This document shows, one piece after another, positions 55,303-64,000 of a DNA stretch of 64,000 bases. Made by a program: the position numbers and the translations under genes. The first letter of the stretch is position 1, and each line of letters starts with the position of its first letter. The stretch lies in assembly GCA_041650695.1 (NCBI GenBank), contig JBAZKS010000026.1:1559-65558 (forward strand), written 5' to 3'. This stretch comes from Elusimicrobiota bacterium. GTDB lineage: Bacteria; Elusimicrobiota; Elusimicrobia; UBA1565. The notes below the pieces were generated by a model. The model was not told where the DNA came from, ran no database searches, and saw nothing but the letters and a program-made list of their open reading frames with translations.

Positions 55303-55758
55303 TCAACCTTTCGAGTAACGGCGTTCCAGAGCCAGGACTTTGTCCTTCCTTCGGGCATGGCGCTCGGCCTTCGAGAAGCGCGCGGCGAGCCACGCGTCCA
55401 CGATCTCGGCCGCCAGGCCGGCGCCGATGACGCGGGCTCCCAGGCAGAGCACGTTGACGTCGTCGTCCTCGACGCCCTGGCGCGCGGAGAAGGTGTCATG
55501 GCAGAGCCCCGCCCGTATGCCCGGCACCTTGTTCGCGGCGATGCAGGCGCCGACGCCGCTGCCGCAGAGCACGATGCCGCGTTTGGCTGAGCCTTCGACC
55601 ACGGCCCGGGCGACCTTGTGGGCGAAATCCGGGTAGTCGACCGGCGTCGGAGAGTTCGTCCCCAGGTCCAGCACCGCATGTCCCCGGGATTTTAGATGGG
55701 AGATGAGACCGCTCTTGAGAGGGAAGCCGCCGTGGTCCGCGCCGAGCGCGATGCGCAT
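55303..55758 (-). CDS. rpiB: Ribose-5-phosphate isomerase B
   Basis: 152 aa from the internal Met. Start [11 protein letters not shown] and motif CGSGVG. Confidence 0.8.
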   Translation of the reverse strand: MRIALGADHGGFPLKSGLISHLKSRGHAVLDLGTNSPTPVDYPDFAHKVARAVVEGSAKRGIVLCGSGVGACIAANKVPGIRAGLCHDTFSARQGVEDDDVNVLCLGARVIGAGLAAEIVDAWLAARFSKAERHARRKDKVLALERRYSKG

Positions 55759-56222
55759 GAGGAGGATATTATAGATAAAAGACCGGGGTACGGCGCGGGA
55801 CTTGTCCCCAGCACTTTCGTTCCGGAAGTAATGGGGATAAGTATTCTCAGAACGGCCTCTCTCGCTCCCATGGCCCGGCACACGTGTCCAACGTCTTCCA
55901 GATGGACACGGTGCCGTACCGCTCCGCGGTACGGACGGGCCATGGGACTGGGGCGTCTCTAGGATATGCGGAAGGCCCCGGTCCTCGTTACGCGTGCTTG
56001 AGGTTTCGTCCCGAAACCTCAAGCTTCCCACGACAATTCTCTTTTTAAGGTGAATCCTCTTGAGCGAAGTCATTGAGTCGTCGGGAAACTTCGTCCTTTC
56101 GCTGTCGCGAAAGGGCGAAATACCGCGCCTGGCCACAAATAGGAAGGCCAGGCACCGTGGGGCAAGTCGTGCTCCGTAGCCCACGGCGCACGCGGCGCGG
56201 AGGAGGATCCGTTCTTGGAAGA

Positions 56223-56879
56223 TTACGGTCCCGACGGCTTGTAGCCGGGAGTGGTCGGATGCTCGCCTTGGATGAGGACCAGGGCCTGCTCGAGGGCGCG
56301 CACCCATGAGATGGCGCTGCGGCGCGTCTCGATGGGCGCCTTGGAGTCCATCATCTTGGTCACCATCTCCTCGACCAGGCCTCGCCGGGCCGCCACGCTG
56401 TCGTCGAGGTGGATCACGATCTTGCCCATCTCCCCCTTCTTGATGGGCAAGAACCGCACCTCGAGGACGCCGATGGGCACCAGCCGCGTCGGCTTGACGT
56501 CCAGGGGCGCCTTGCGCAGGATGTCCCTGGGGAAAGGGACGCGCCAGGCGTCGCGGCCCAGGCGGACCGTGAGGGTGTTCTTCACGAATCCGAACGGGTT
56601 GCGCGCCGGATGCAGGCGATAGAAATCCGGCTCGACCATGAGCAGCGAGGTCTCTCCGGCCTGGAAGCGCAGGCGATAGCGCTCCCCGGTCTCGGACTCC
56701 AGGTTGAGCGTCACCCAGCCTCTGCGGTCCTCGCCGGTGGGAAGGATGAACCGGCCCCGGATGAGCACGGCCCCGAACCCGAGCCTGGCTTCTCCGAAGC
56801 GCTCCGGCAGCGTGCCGCGGCAGCCGCAGCCCAGCAAAAGCGAGAACAGGACGGCGGTCCGTCCCATGGCCCAGCTCAT
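56223..56879 (-). CDS. Lipoprotein, hypothetical
   Basis: Only the C-terminal ~219 aa of the 566-aa ORF look protein-like (lipobox LLGCGC). The upstream part is Arg/Pro-rich alternate-frame noise. Confidence 0.4.
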   Translation of the reverse strand: MSWAMGRTAVLFSLLLGCGCRGTLPERFGEARLGFGAVLIRGRFILPTGEDRRGWVTLNLESETGERYRLRFQAGETSLLMVEPDFYRLHPARNPFGFVKNTLTVRLGRDAWRVPFPRDILRKAPLDVKPTRLVPIGVLEVRFLPIKKGEMGKIVIHLDDSVAARRGLVEEMVTKMMDSKAPIETRRSAISWVRALEQALVLIQGEHPTTPGYKPSGP

Positions 56880-56920
56880 GGCGTTAGGATACCACATCCC
56901 TCGTCCCATAGGAACCCTCG

Positions 56921-59026
56921 TCAATAGCGGAGGTCTCCGATCTCGATGCCGCGGTAGTACGCGGCCAGTATCTCGGCGTACGACTGGCCCTGCTCCGCGC
57001 GGCCCATGGCCCCGGCCTGACAGAAACCGACCCCGTGGCCCCACCCGCCCCCATGGAAAAGGAAGTTTGCGGGACTGCCGTCGGGGCCGTACTCCGTGTC
57101 CAGCACGAAGAGCGAACTGCGCTGCGATCCTACCCCCAGGAGGCTGCGGATGCCCATCTCGGTGTCGATGACCATGCTTTCCCGGCTCCCGCGCACGAGC
57201 ACGGAGTTGAGGTGCCCGGAGGCGGAACGGCGCAGCGGCACGATGGCCTTCAGGGTCCCGATGGGGGCGAGCCGGTTGAGACGTTTCTCCAGGTCCTGTG
57301 CCGGGATGACGCGGGTCCAGCGGAAATGCGAGGGCTGCACGCGCGCGGCGAGGCTGCAGTAGCTGGGGGGCCGGCTCCTGAGCCATAGGCGCAGCTCCCA
57401 CGGCGAGGCCGGCAGCGGGACCTCTCCCGGCGAGTCGGGCCCCCCGGAGAAGTGGGAGACCCCTCCCCAGCCTTTGATCTCGCAGGAACCCTGCGTGTGT
57501 CCTCCGCAGTTCGCGGAATAGACCACGTGGGCGACCCGGCCCCGGCTCGTCACGATGCGCCCGCGCGTGGCGTCCACCACGGAACGGGAGCGCGGGGTCT
57601 CGCTGCCGACCCCCAGATAGACCTGGCAGTGCTGCCCGTCGCAGAGGTGATAGCCGTCCTCGGCGTGGCGCTGGCGGGCGCGCATGATGAACAGGGCGTG
57701 GGTCCGCGCGAGCACGGCCTGCGCCTTGAGCGCCTCTATGGGGGATGCGATCGGCATCTCGGCGCTGAGGACCCCGTGCGTGTAGCTCTCCAGGTCCACG
57801 ACGTCCACGACCTTCAGCCCTCCGTGCGGGCGGCGAGAGACTTCGATGAGCCCGCGCAGCGTGCGGGAGAGCTCCTTCTCGGCGCCGAGCCTCCCCGCGC
57901 GGGCTTCCCGGAGGCGCGTCCATCCGGAGCGGCTCTCCGGCACGATGACCACTTCCGTCCGGCTCCAGAATGTGCGCAGGCCGTTCGCGCTCTGGGCCTG
58001 TATCGACGAGCCCTCCCCGGCGGGGTCCAGACGCCAGGCTTCGCGCGGACGTCCTTCGAGCAGGATGCGTCCGGCGGAGTCCCGTAGGGTGAACCGCGTG
58101 CTGCAGTAGAAGAGGACGCCTTTCCAGGGCCTTGGATGGCCCATGGCGCTGGTGCCGATGCCCACGCGGAGGACGGGGATGCGGCCGGTGGCCGGGGGAG
58201 CCGGAGGATACCGCCGCTGCTCGCTGAGTCGAGACGGGGTCGGGACCCGCCGTATCGCCGGGGAGAGGCTGTCTTTCAGGCGCGGCCGCAGCGCGAGCTC
58301 GAGCCGTCGATACGCCTCATGCATGGGCGCGGCCTTCACTGTTTTGGCGGCTTCGCGCCACGCCTCGAGGAGGCGGCCTTGGCGGGCGAAAGTCCGGCTC
58401 AGATCGAACCGCGCCTGCACGAAGTACGAATCCGCCGCCGCGGCCTGCTCGAAAGCCCGTGCGGCCCCGCCCGTGTCTCCCGCCGCCTCCAGGGCTTTGC
58501 CGAGCCAGAAATGGACGAGAGCCGACTCCGGGCTCAGCCGGGCGGCGCGCTCGAGCGGGCCGCACGCCTCCTTGGGCGTGCCCGCGGCCAGCGCGATGCG
58601 GCCTTTAAGCAGGAGCGCCTCTACATCGCGGGGCCTGGACGCCAGGACGCGTCCGGCCTCCTCGCTTGCCAGCGCGAGCCGGCCCTGGTGGAACTCGCTC
58701 TCGGCCAGGGCCAGGCGCACCGCCGCGTCCTCGGGAGAGAGTTCGGCGGCCCTCCGGAACCACTTCGCCGCGGTCTCGATGGCGCCGAGGTCCTTCCAGA
58801 CCATCGCGCCGTTGAGGTACGCGGCCGTGGCCGAAGGGTCGCGCCGGATCGCCATCTGATAGGCCGCGATGGCCTCGGCGTGGCGGCCCGCGTAGTACAA
58901 GTGGTTCCCTTCCAAGATGAAGTTCTGCGCCGGAGCGGTCAGGGTCTGCGCCGTCGTGGAGAGCGTCCTCCAGGATGTCAGGACGACGGCGCATGAGAGC
59001 AGCCCGAGGCGCAGAGTCCGGGTCAC
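56921..59026 (-). CDS. TPR-repeat plus SpoIID/LytB-domain protein
   Basis: Signal peptide, N-terminal TPRs, and a C-terminal SpoIID/LytB region with the GGGWGHGVGFCQAGAMG motif. Confidence 0.6.
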   Translation of the reverse strand: MTRTLRLGLLSCAVVLTSWRTLSTTAQTLTAPAQNFILEGNHLYYAGRHAEAIAAYQMAIRRDPSATAAYLNGAMVWKDLGAIETAAKWFRRAAELSPEDAAVRLALAESEFHQGRLALASEEAGRVLASRPRDVEALLLKGRIALAAGTPKEACGPLERAARLSPESALVHFWLGKALEAAGDTGGAARAFEQAAAADSYFVQARFDLSRTFARQGRLLEAWREAAKTVKAAPMHEAYRRLELALRPRLKDSLSPAIRRVPTPSRLSEQRRYPPAPPATGRIPVLRVGIGTSAMGHPRPWKGVLFYCSTRFTLRDSAGRILLEGRPREAWRLDPAGEGSSIQAQSANGLRTFWSRTEVVIVPESRSGWTRLREARAGRLGAEKELSRTLRGLIEVSRRPHGGLKVVDVVDLESYTHGVLSAEMPIASPIEALKAQAVLARTHALFIMRARQRHAEDGYHLCDGQHCQVYLGVGSETPRSRSVVDATRGRIVTSRGRVAHVVYSANCGGHTQGSCEIKGWGGVSHFSGGPDSPGEVPLPASPWELRLWLRSRPPSYCSLAARVQPSHFRWTRVIPAQDLEKRLNRLAPIGTLKAIVPLRRSASGHLNSVLVRGSRESMVIDTEMGIRSLLGVGSQRSSLFVLDTEYGPDGSPANFLFHGGGWGHGVGFCQAGAMGRAEQGQSYAEILAAYYRGIEIGDLRY

Positions 59027-59050
59027 GCCGCCCAGCGTATCAGCCGGGTG

Positions 59051-62000
59051 TTACGGTTTTACTGATAGCTTGTTGCGCAGGTGTTGCGTGGCGTCATCGA
59101 ACAGTGAGTAGGCCACGGGCGTGAGCAGGAGCGTGATGAGCAGGCACAGGGTCTGCCCCCCCACGATGACCACGGCCATGGTGGCGCGGTTCGCCGCGCC
59201 GGCTCCCTTGCCGAACGCGACCGGAAGCATGGCCGCCACGAGCACGAGCGTGGTCATGAGGATGGGCCGCAGCCGGGTCTTGTTTGCCTCGACGATGGCC
59301 TCATCCCGGGGCATCCCCCGCTCGCGGAGCGTGTTCGTGTAGTCCACCTGGAGTATGGCGTTCTTCTTCACGATGCCGAAGAGCATGAACACGCCCATGA
59401 TGGAGAAGATGGTCAGAGTCTGGCCGGTCACGAACAGGGAGAGCAGGGCGAAGGGGATGGACAGGGGGAGCGAGAGCATGATGGTGACCGGGTGCATGAA
59501 GCTCTCGAATTGCGACGCCAGGATCATGTACATGAAGATGAAGGAGAGCCCGAAAGCCACCACGAATCCGCCGAGCATGCGGCCGAACTCCTTGGCCTTG
59601 CCCTCCAGGCCCGTCTGGTACTCCGGAGGCATGTTCAGCGCCCTGGCGGCCTCCTCGGCCGCGTCGAGCGCCACGTTCATGGGAGCGCCGTCCAGGTTCG
59701 CCATGACCGTGACCTGCCTCTGCCGGTTGGTGCGGTCGATTTGGGAAGGCCCGGTGTCCTCGACGAGGGTGGCCACGTTGTCCAGCCGGACCAGCCCGAC
59801 CTTGGAGGAGGGGACGTAGAGCCCTGAGACCGCGCGCGCCGTATCGCGGAAGTCCTTATCGACGCGTATCCGCACCTGATAGAGTTCGTCCCCCTCTTTG
59901 TACTTGGTGATGTCCTCCTGTCCCCCCACCATGGAACGCAGGCTCGTGGCGATGTCCTCGATCTTGACACCGAGGTCCTGCGCGCGGTCCCGGTCGATGC
60001 GCACCTTGATCTCGGGCTTGGCCAGGATGAGAGTCGTGTCCAGGTCCACGATGCCCTTGACGGCCGCGAGCTTCTCCATGATCTTGGCCGTGTACTCCTG
60101 GAGTTTCTTCAGATCCGGACCCGACACCAGGTAAGAGACCTCGGCGTTGCGGACGACGCCGCTGCTGCCCATCATGTCCACCGGGGTGACGCTGATGCGC
60201 AGGCCTTTGTACTTGGAGAAGGCCTTGCGCGCCATGGCCATGACCTCGGCCTGGCTCAGGCTCCGCTTGGAAAGGGGCGTGAGCCGGGCGAAAATGACGC
60301 CGTCGTTAACGTTGGCGCCGTCGCCTTCTCCGATGGAGGTCATCACGCTCCGGATCGTGGGCAGGCGCCGGATCTCGACCTCGAGCTGGCGGAGGATGGC
60401 GTCCATGCGCGTGAGGGACGTCCCCTCCGGAGCCTTGATGTTCACCTGGAACTCGCTCGTGTCGTCAGGCGGGATGAAGTCCTTGCCGATGAGGACGATG
60501 AGCGGCACGGTGGAGAGCATGATCGCGCTGGAGACGGCCACGACGGTCCATCGGCGGCCCAGCGCCCACGTCACCAGCCGGCCGTAGCGCTCTCGGAGCA
60601 CGTCGTTGAGGCGGTCGACCCGGGTCTGGAGCCAGCTCCTCTTGGCGCCATGGTAGATCTTCAGGAACCTGGAGCACAGCATGGGCGTCAGGGTGAAGGC
60701 GGTGAAGAGGCTCACCATGATGGCGAAGGCCACGGTCAGGCCGTAGCTCTTCATGAAGCGGCCGATGATGCCGGACATGTAGGCCAAAGGCAGGAAGATG
60801 ATGACCAGGGAAAGCGTCGTGGCCATGACGGCCAGCCCGATCTCCTTCGTCCCCTCGGAGGCGGCTTGCGCCGCGGGGATCTTCCTCTCTTCCATGTTCC
60901 GGAACACGTTCTCGAGCACGACGATTCCGTCGTCGATGACCACTCCCACGGCCAGGGTCAGGGCCAGGAGCGTCATCATGTTCAGCGTAAACCCCGCGAA
61001 ATCGATGAGCACGAAGGTGGAGATGATGGAGGCCGGGATGGAGGCTGAGGCGATGAGCGTGCTCCTCCAGTCTCCCATGAAGAGAAGGACGGCCAAGGAG
61101 GCTAGGATGGCGCCGAAGATGAGATGCTCCTCCACGTTGTGCACCGAGGAGCGGATGAAGCTCGATTGGTCCCGTACGACCTCCGCGGTGATGCCGGGCG
61201 GCAGGCTCTTGCGGAGCTCTTGGAGGCGCTCGGTGACCGTCTCGACGACTTGGACCGTGTTCGTGCCGGACTGCTTTTGGACGATGAGCGAGACGATGGA
61301 CTTGCCGTCCAGGCGAGCGAGGGTGCGGGGTTCCTCCTCGATGTCCTCCACGCGGCCGAGGTCGCGGATGCGGACCGGGGTCCCCCCCACGTTCGCCACG
61401 ATGACCTTTTCGAAATCCTTGGGCTCCGCGATGCGGCCCATGGTCCGGAGCACGAACTCCTTGTGCTCCTGCTCTACGCGCCCGCCCGGGATCTCCACGT
61501 TCTGCTGCTTCAGGGCGTCCTTGACCTGGTTGATGGAGAGCTTGAAAGCCGCGAGCTTCATGGGGTTGACGACCACATGGATCTCGCGCTCCCGGCCGCC
61601 GACCATGGTGATCTTGCCCACTCCGTTGACCGTCTCCAGAGGCTCCTTCATCTTCTTCTTGGCGATCTCCGTGATCTCGCGCAGAGGGCGGTTCCCGCCC
61701 ACGGCGACGGAAATCACGGGGATCGATCCCGGATCGAAGCGCTGGATGACGGGCGGGTCCGTTCCCTGCGGGAACTCCCGCTGGATCCGGCTGACCGCGT
61801 CCCGGACCTCCTGGGCGGCCACGTCCGCGTCCTTCTCGAGCACGAAGACCACCACGACCTGGCTCATGCCCTCGAGGCTGGAGGAGCGGAGGGTGTCGAT
61901 GCCGGAGATGGTGTTGACCGCCTCCTCGATGGGCTTGGTGACCGAGGTCTCCATCTCTTCGGGCCCCGCGCCCGGGAGAGTGGTGGTGACGACCACGAAC

Positions 62001-62128
62001 GGGAAGTCCACGTTGGGGAAGTAGTCCAGACCCAGGCGCGACAAGGAGAACAGGCCCAGGACGACCATGGCCAGGGTCATCATGGTCGCGAAGACGGGCC
62101 GCTTGATGCAGACGTCAGCGATCTTCAT
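59051..62128 (-). CDS. RND efflux transporter (AcrB/HAE1-like)
   Basis: 1025 aa with 12 TMs, two large periplasmic loops and a conserved AcrB-like N-terminus. Confidence 0.85.
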   Translation of the reverse strand: MKIADVCIKRPVFATMMTLAMVVLGLFSLSRLGLDYFPNVDFPFVVVTTTLPGAGPEEMETSVTKPIEEAVNTISGIDTLRSSSLEGMSQVVVVFVLEKDADVAAQEVRDAVSRIQREFPQGTDPPVIQRFDPGSIPVISVAVGGNRPLREITEIAKKKMKEPLETVNGVGKITMVGGREREIHVVVNPMKLAAFKLSINQVKDALKQQNVEIPGGRVEQEHKEFVLRTMGRIAEPKDFEKVIVANVGGTPVRIRDLGRVEDIEEEPRTLARLDGKSIVSLIVQKQSGTNTVQVVETVTERLQELRKSLPPGITAEVVRDQSSFIRSSVHNVEEHLIFGAILASLAVLLFMGDWRSTLIASASIPASIISTFVLIDFAGFTLNMMTLLALTLAVGVVIDDGIVVLENVFRNMEERKIPAAQAASEGTKEIGLAVMATTLSLVIIFLPLAYMSGIIGRFMKSYGLTVAFAIMVSLFTAFTLTPMLCSRFLKIYHGAKRSWLQTRVDRLNDVLRERYGRLVTWALGRRWTVVAVSSAIMLSTVPLIVLIGKDFIPPDDTSEFQVNIKAPEGTSLTRMDAILRQLEVEIRRLPTIRSVMTSIGEGDGANVNDGVIFARLTPLSKRSLSQAEVMAMARKAFSKYKGLRISVTPVDMMGSSGVVRNAEVSYLVSGPDLKKLQEYTAKIMEKLAAVKGIVDLDTTLILAKPEIKVRIDRDRAQDLGVKIEDIATSLRSMVGGQEDITKYKEGDELYQVRIRVDKDFRDTARAVSGLYVPSSKVGLVRLDNVATLVEDTGPSQIDRTNRQRQVTVMANLDGAPMNVALDAAEEAARALNMPPEYQTGLEGKAKEFGRMLGGFVVAFGLSFIFMYMILASQFESFMHPVTIMLSLPLSIPFALLSLFVTGQTLTIFSIMGVFMLFGIVKKNAILQVDYTNTLRERGMPRDEAIVEANKTRLRPILMTTLVLVAAMLPVAFGKGAGAANRATMAVVIVGGQTLCLLITLLLTPVAYSLFDDATQHLRNKLSVKP

Positions 62129-62135
62129 GGGGAGG

Positions 62136-62999
62136 CTAGCGGTCCTCGAGGACCTGCACCGGGCTGCCGTCCTGCAGGCCGAAGAGCCCGAACGTGACCA
62201 CCTTGTCCCCCTCGGAGAGTCCGGAGGCGATCTCCACGTACTTGTCCGTCCGCACCCCCAGGGTCACCTCGTGCTTGGTCGCTTTCTTGCCGTCCGCGAC
62301 CACGAACACGGCCGGGCCGCTTCCGTTGACGACGGCTTCCGCAGGGACGGAAACGGCATTCTCCTTCTTGGCGATCATGATGGAGAGCTTCGCGAACATG
62401 CCGGACTTGAGCGTGCCGGAGCGGTTCTCGATGCGGACCTCGATGGGGGTGCTCCGGGTGGACGGGTCCATGACCGGGCTCACCCGGGAGATGCGGCCGG
62501 TGAAGGTCTTGTCCGGGTAGGCCTCGACCTGGACTTCCACGGGCGTATTCAGACCCGCGACCGCGGCATAGCGCTCCGGGACCTCGGCGCGGGCCAGGAC
62601 CTGGCTCTGGTCCACGACCAGAGCGATGGGTATGGCCGGAGAGACGTTCGCTCCGCGGTCGAGGTAGATGCGGCCGACCACTCCGTCCAGCGTGGAGGGC
62701 ACCGGAGCCGGCTCGAAGCGCACACCCACCTCGTCGCGCTCCACCAAGGCGACCGCCTCTCCCTTCTTGATGGGGTCCCCTTCATCCACCACGTTCTTGA
62801 GCAGCTTGCCGGGCACGCGGGAGAAGAGAGTGGCCTCGTCCTTGGCTTTGAGCGAGCCGACCAGGCTCAAGGTCTGCTCCAGGTCGCGGCGCGAGGCCGC
62901 CTCCAGCCTGACCGGGAAGGTGTCGAGTGCTGGCGCGTCCGAGGCGTTCCTGCTGCAGCCTGCCAGAAGGAGGACGGCGGCCAGTATCGTGAGGTCCAT
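62136..62999 (-). CDS. RND efflux periplasmic adaptor (MFP/HlyD-like lipoprotein)
   Basis: Lipobox LLAGC, then biotinyl-lipoyl-like, beta-barrel and MP domains. Directly upstream of the RND pump gene. Confidence 0.8.
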   Translation of the reverse strand: MDLTILAAVLLLAGCSRNASDAPALDTFPVRLEAASRRDLEQTLSLVGSLKAKDEATLFSRVPGKLLKNVVDEGDPIKKGEAVALVERDEVGVRFEPAPVPSTLDGVVGRIYLDRGANVSPAIPIALVVDQSQVLARAEVPERYAAVAGLNTPVEVQVEAYPDKTFTGRISRVSPVMDPSTRSTPIEVRIENRSGTLKSGMFAKLSIMIAKKENAVSVPAEAVVNGSGPAVFVVADGKKATKHEVTLGVRTDKYVEIASGLSEGDKVVTFGLFGLQDGSPVQVLEDR

Positions 63000-63002
63000 A
63001 GT

Positions 63003-63980
63003 TCAGCTCCTAGGCATGGGGGCGCCGACGGCTTTCTCGAGGGCTGCGAGGCCGGCCCAATAATCGTGCAAAGCTTGGACGTGCAGGAGGCGCACCCGGT
63101 TCAGGGCCAGGGACGCGTCCGTCAGCTCCAATTGGCTGGCTTCGCCGGCCTTGTATCGGTTCTCCGTGGTCTGCAGGGCGCGCCTTGCCGTGCCGATGGC
63201 GGATTCCTGCGAGCGCGCCCGCTCGGCCGCCTCGCGCATGGCGAGCCATTGTCGTTTGGTGTCCACCCGGGTCGCCCGCTCGATCTTCTCGGCGAGCTTG
63301 CGCATGGACTCGTACTCGATGCGGGCCTGCCGGACGTTCTCGCGGATCTCCCCCCCCGTGAAGAAGGGCAAGCGCAGGCGCAGGCCCCCGGCAGAACTCG
63401 TGGCGTGCTCCGTGGATTTCGGGACGAACTCCTTGGAAGCGGAATACCATTGGTAGTTCGCGAAAACGGAGAGCTGAGGCCAGCGGTCTCCGTTGGCGTA
63501 GCGGACGAGGTTGACGGCGGCTTCGGCCCGCAGCTTGGCCGCCCGGTATTCCGGATTACGCTCCAAGGCGAGCCGCGTGAACTCCTCGCAGCCCTCCGGG
63601 ACTCCGCCGGGGGCGGCCAGTTCTCCCAGGATGCGCACGGGCTCTTCGAGGTCGAGCCCCAAGGTGTCCTTGAGCAGGGTGAGGGAGAGTTCCTCGAGGT
63701 TCCGGGCCTGGATGAGGGCCGGCTTGGCATTGGCCACCTCGACTTCCTGGCGCATCACGAGCAGGTCGCTGTCCAGGCCCTGGCGGTAGCGCTCCTTGAT
63801 GGTGCTCAGGTGCTCCTCGGTGGAGGCCAGGTTGTCCTTCTGGATGGAGACCGTGGAGGAGGCCAGCAGGACCGAGTAGAACAGGCGCTTGACCGCGAGC
63901 GTGACGCCCGCTCTCGCGGCGGCGAGGTCGTCCTTGCCGGCCGCCGCGTTGTCCCGGTTTCCGCGCAGGCCGGCCATCAC
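63003..63980 (-). CDS. TolC-like outer-membrane efflux protein (5' end beyond window)
   Basis: Alpha-helical coiled repeats typical of OEP/TolC. The ORF runs to the window edge. Confidence 0.6.
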   Translation of the reverse strand: MMAGLRGNRDNAAAGKDDLAAARAGVTLAVKRLFYSVLLASSTVSIQKDNLASTEEHLSTIKERYRQGLDSDLLVMRQEVEVANAKPALIQARNLEELSLTLLKDTLGLDLEEPVRILGELAAPGGVPEGCEEFTRLALERNPEYRAAKLRAEAAVNLVRYANGDRWPQLSVFANYQWYSASKEFVPKSTEHATSSAGGLRLRLPFFTGGEIRENVRQARIEYESMRKLAEKIERATRVDTKRQWLAMREAAERARSQESAIGTARRALQTTENRYKAGEASQLELTDASLALNRVRLLHVQALHDYWAGLAALEKAVGAPMPRS

Positions 63981-64000
63981 CTTGCCGCCGGTGAAGAGCC

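Noticed and set aside
56880-57923. N-terminal ~350 aa of the 566-aa ORF 56223..57923
   Set aside because: It is Arg/Pro-rich, overlaps the TPR-SpoIID gene on the same strand in another frame, and only the C-terminal ~219 aa (a lipoprotein) look protein-like.

Overview
High-GC (roughly 65-70%) bacterial chromosomal window, tightly packed with genes, most of them on the minus strand.

Recognisable housekeeping genes: apt, a sigma-70 family factor, acylphosphatase, ThiF/MoeB, a MerR regulator, HU/IHF, a bifunctional nuclease, plsY, hflX, miaA, miaB, rpiB, tRNA-Arg(CCT), and two tandem tRNA-Pro genes (CGG and GGG).

Accessory and envelope content:
- A complete Bat-type aerotolerance operon (MoxR, DUF58, DUF4381-like, BatA, BatB/C, BatD, BatE), preceded by two HEAT-repeat membrane proteins.
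- A second MoxR paired with a 930-aa DUF58-transglutaminase fusion.
- Two outer-membrane beta-barrel porins.
- An RND efflux pump with its adaptor and a TolC-like channel; the TolC-like gene is cut by the window end.
- A large cell-surface locus made of:
  - a Ser/Thr-kinase-like sensor, a hybrid REC-histidine kinase and a coiled-coil protein;
  - a PorV/PorQ-like barrel immediately downstream of an 1816-aa Kelch/FN3 protein carrying a T9SS C-terminal sorting domain;
  - a Lys/Pro-rich protein with a CBM48-like C-terminal domain;
  - a 966-aa coiled-coil plus beta-propeller protein;
  - a Wzc-type BY-kinase with a poly-Tyr tail;
  - an in-frame KdsC-Wza fusion ORF.

Non-coding highlights:
- A near-canonical dif (XerCD) core at 2589..2616, sitting in an AT-rich island at a strand switch. 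The island also holds iteron-like direct repeats, a cluster of DnaA-box-like 9-mers, a G/C inverted repeat and a winged-helix ORF. This may mark the chromosome terminus or a remnant of an integrated replicon.
- A recurring AT-rich ~21-bp motif (TTAAAGG[A/T]TAT[A/G]CGTTTCTAT) found upstream of the porin, plsY (5 tandem copies), nuclease and sigma-factor genes.

The FCB-superphylum-type markers (T9SS CTD, PorV, Bat operon) are my inference from the content, not a database result. All calls rest on my reading of the translated ORFs and the raw sequence; no searches were run.
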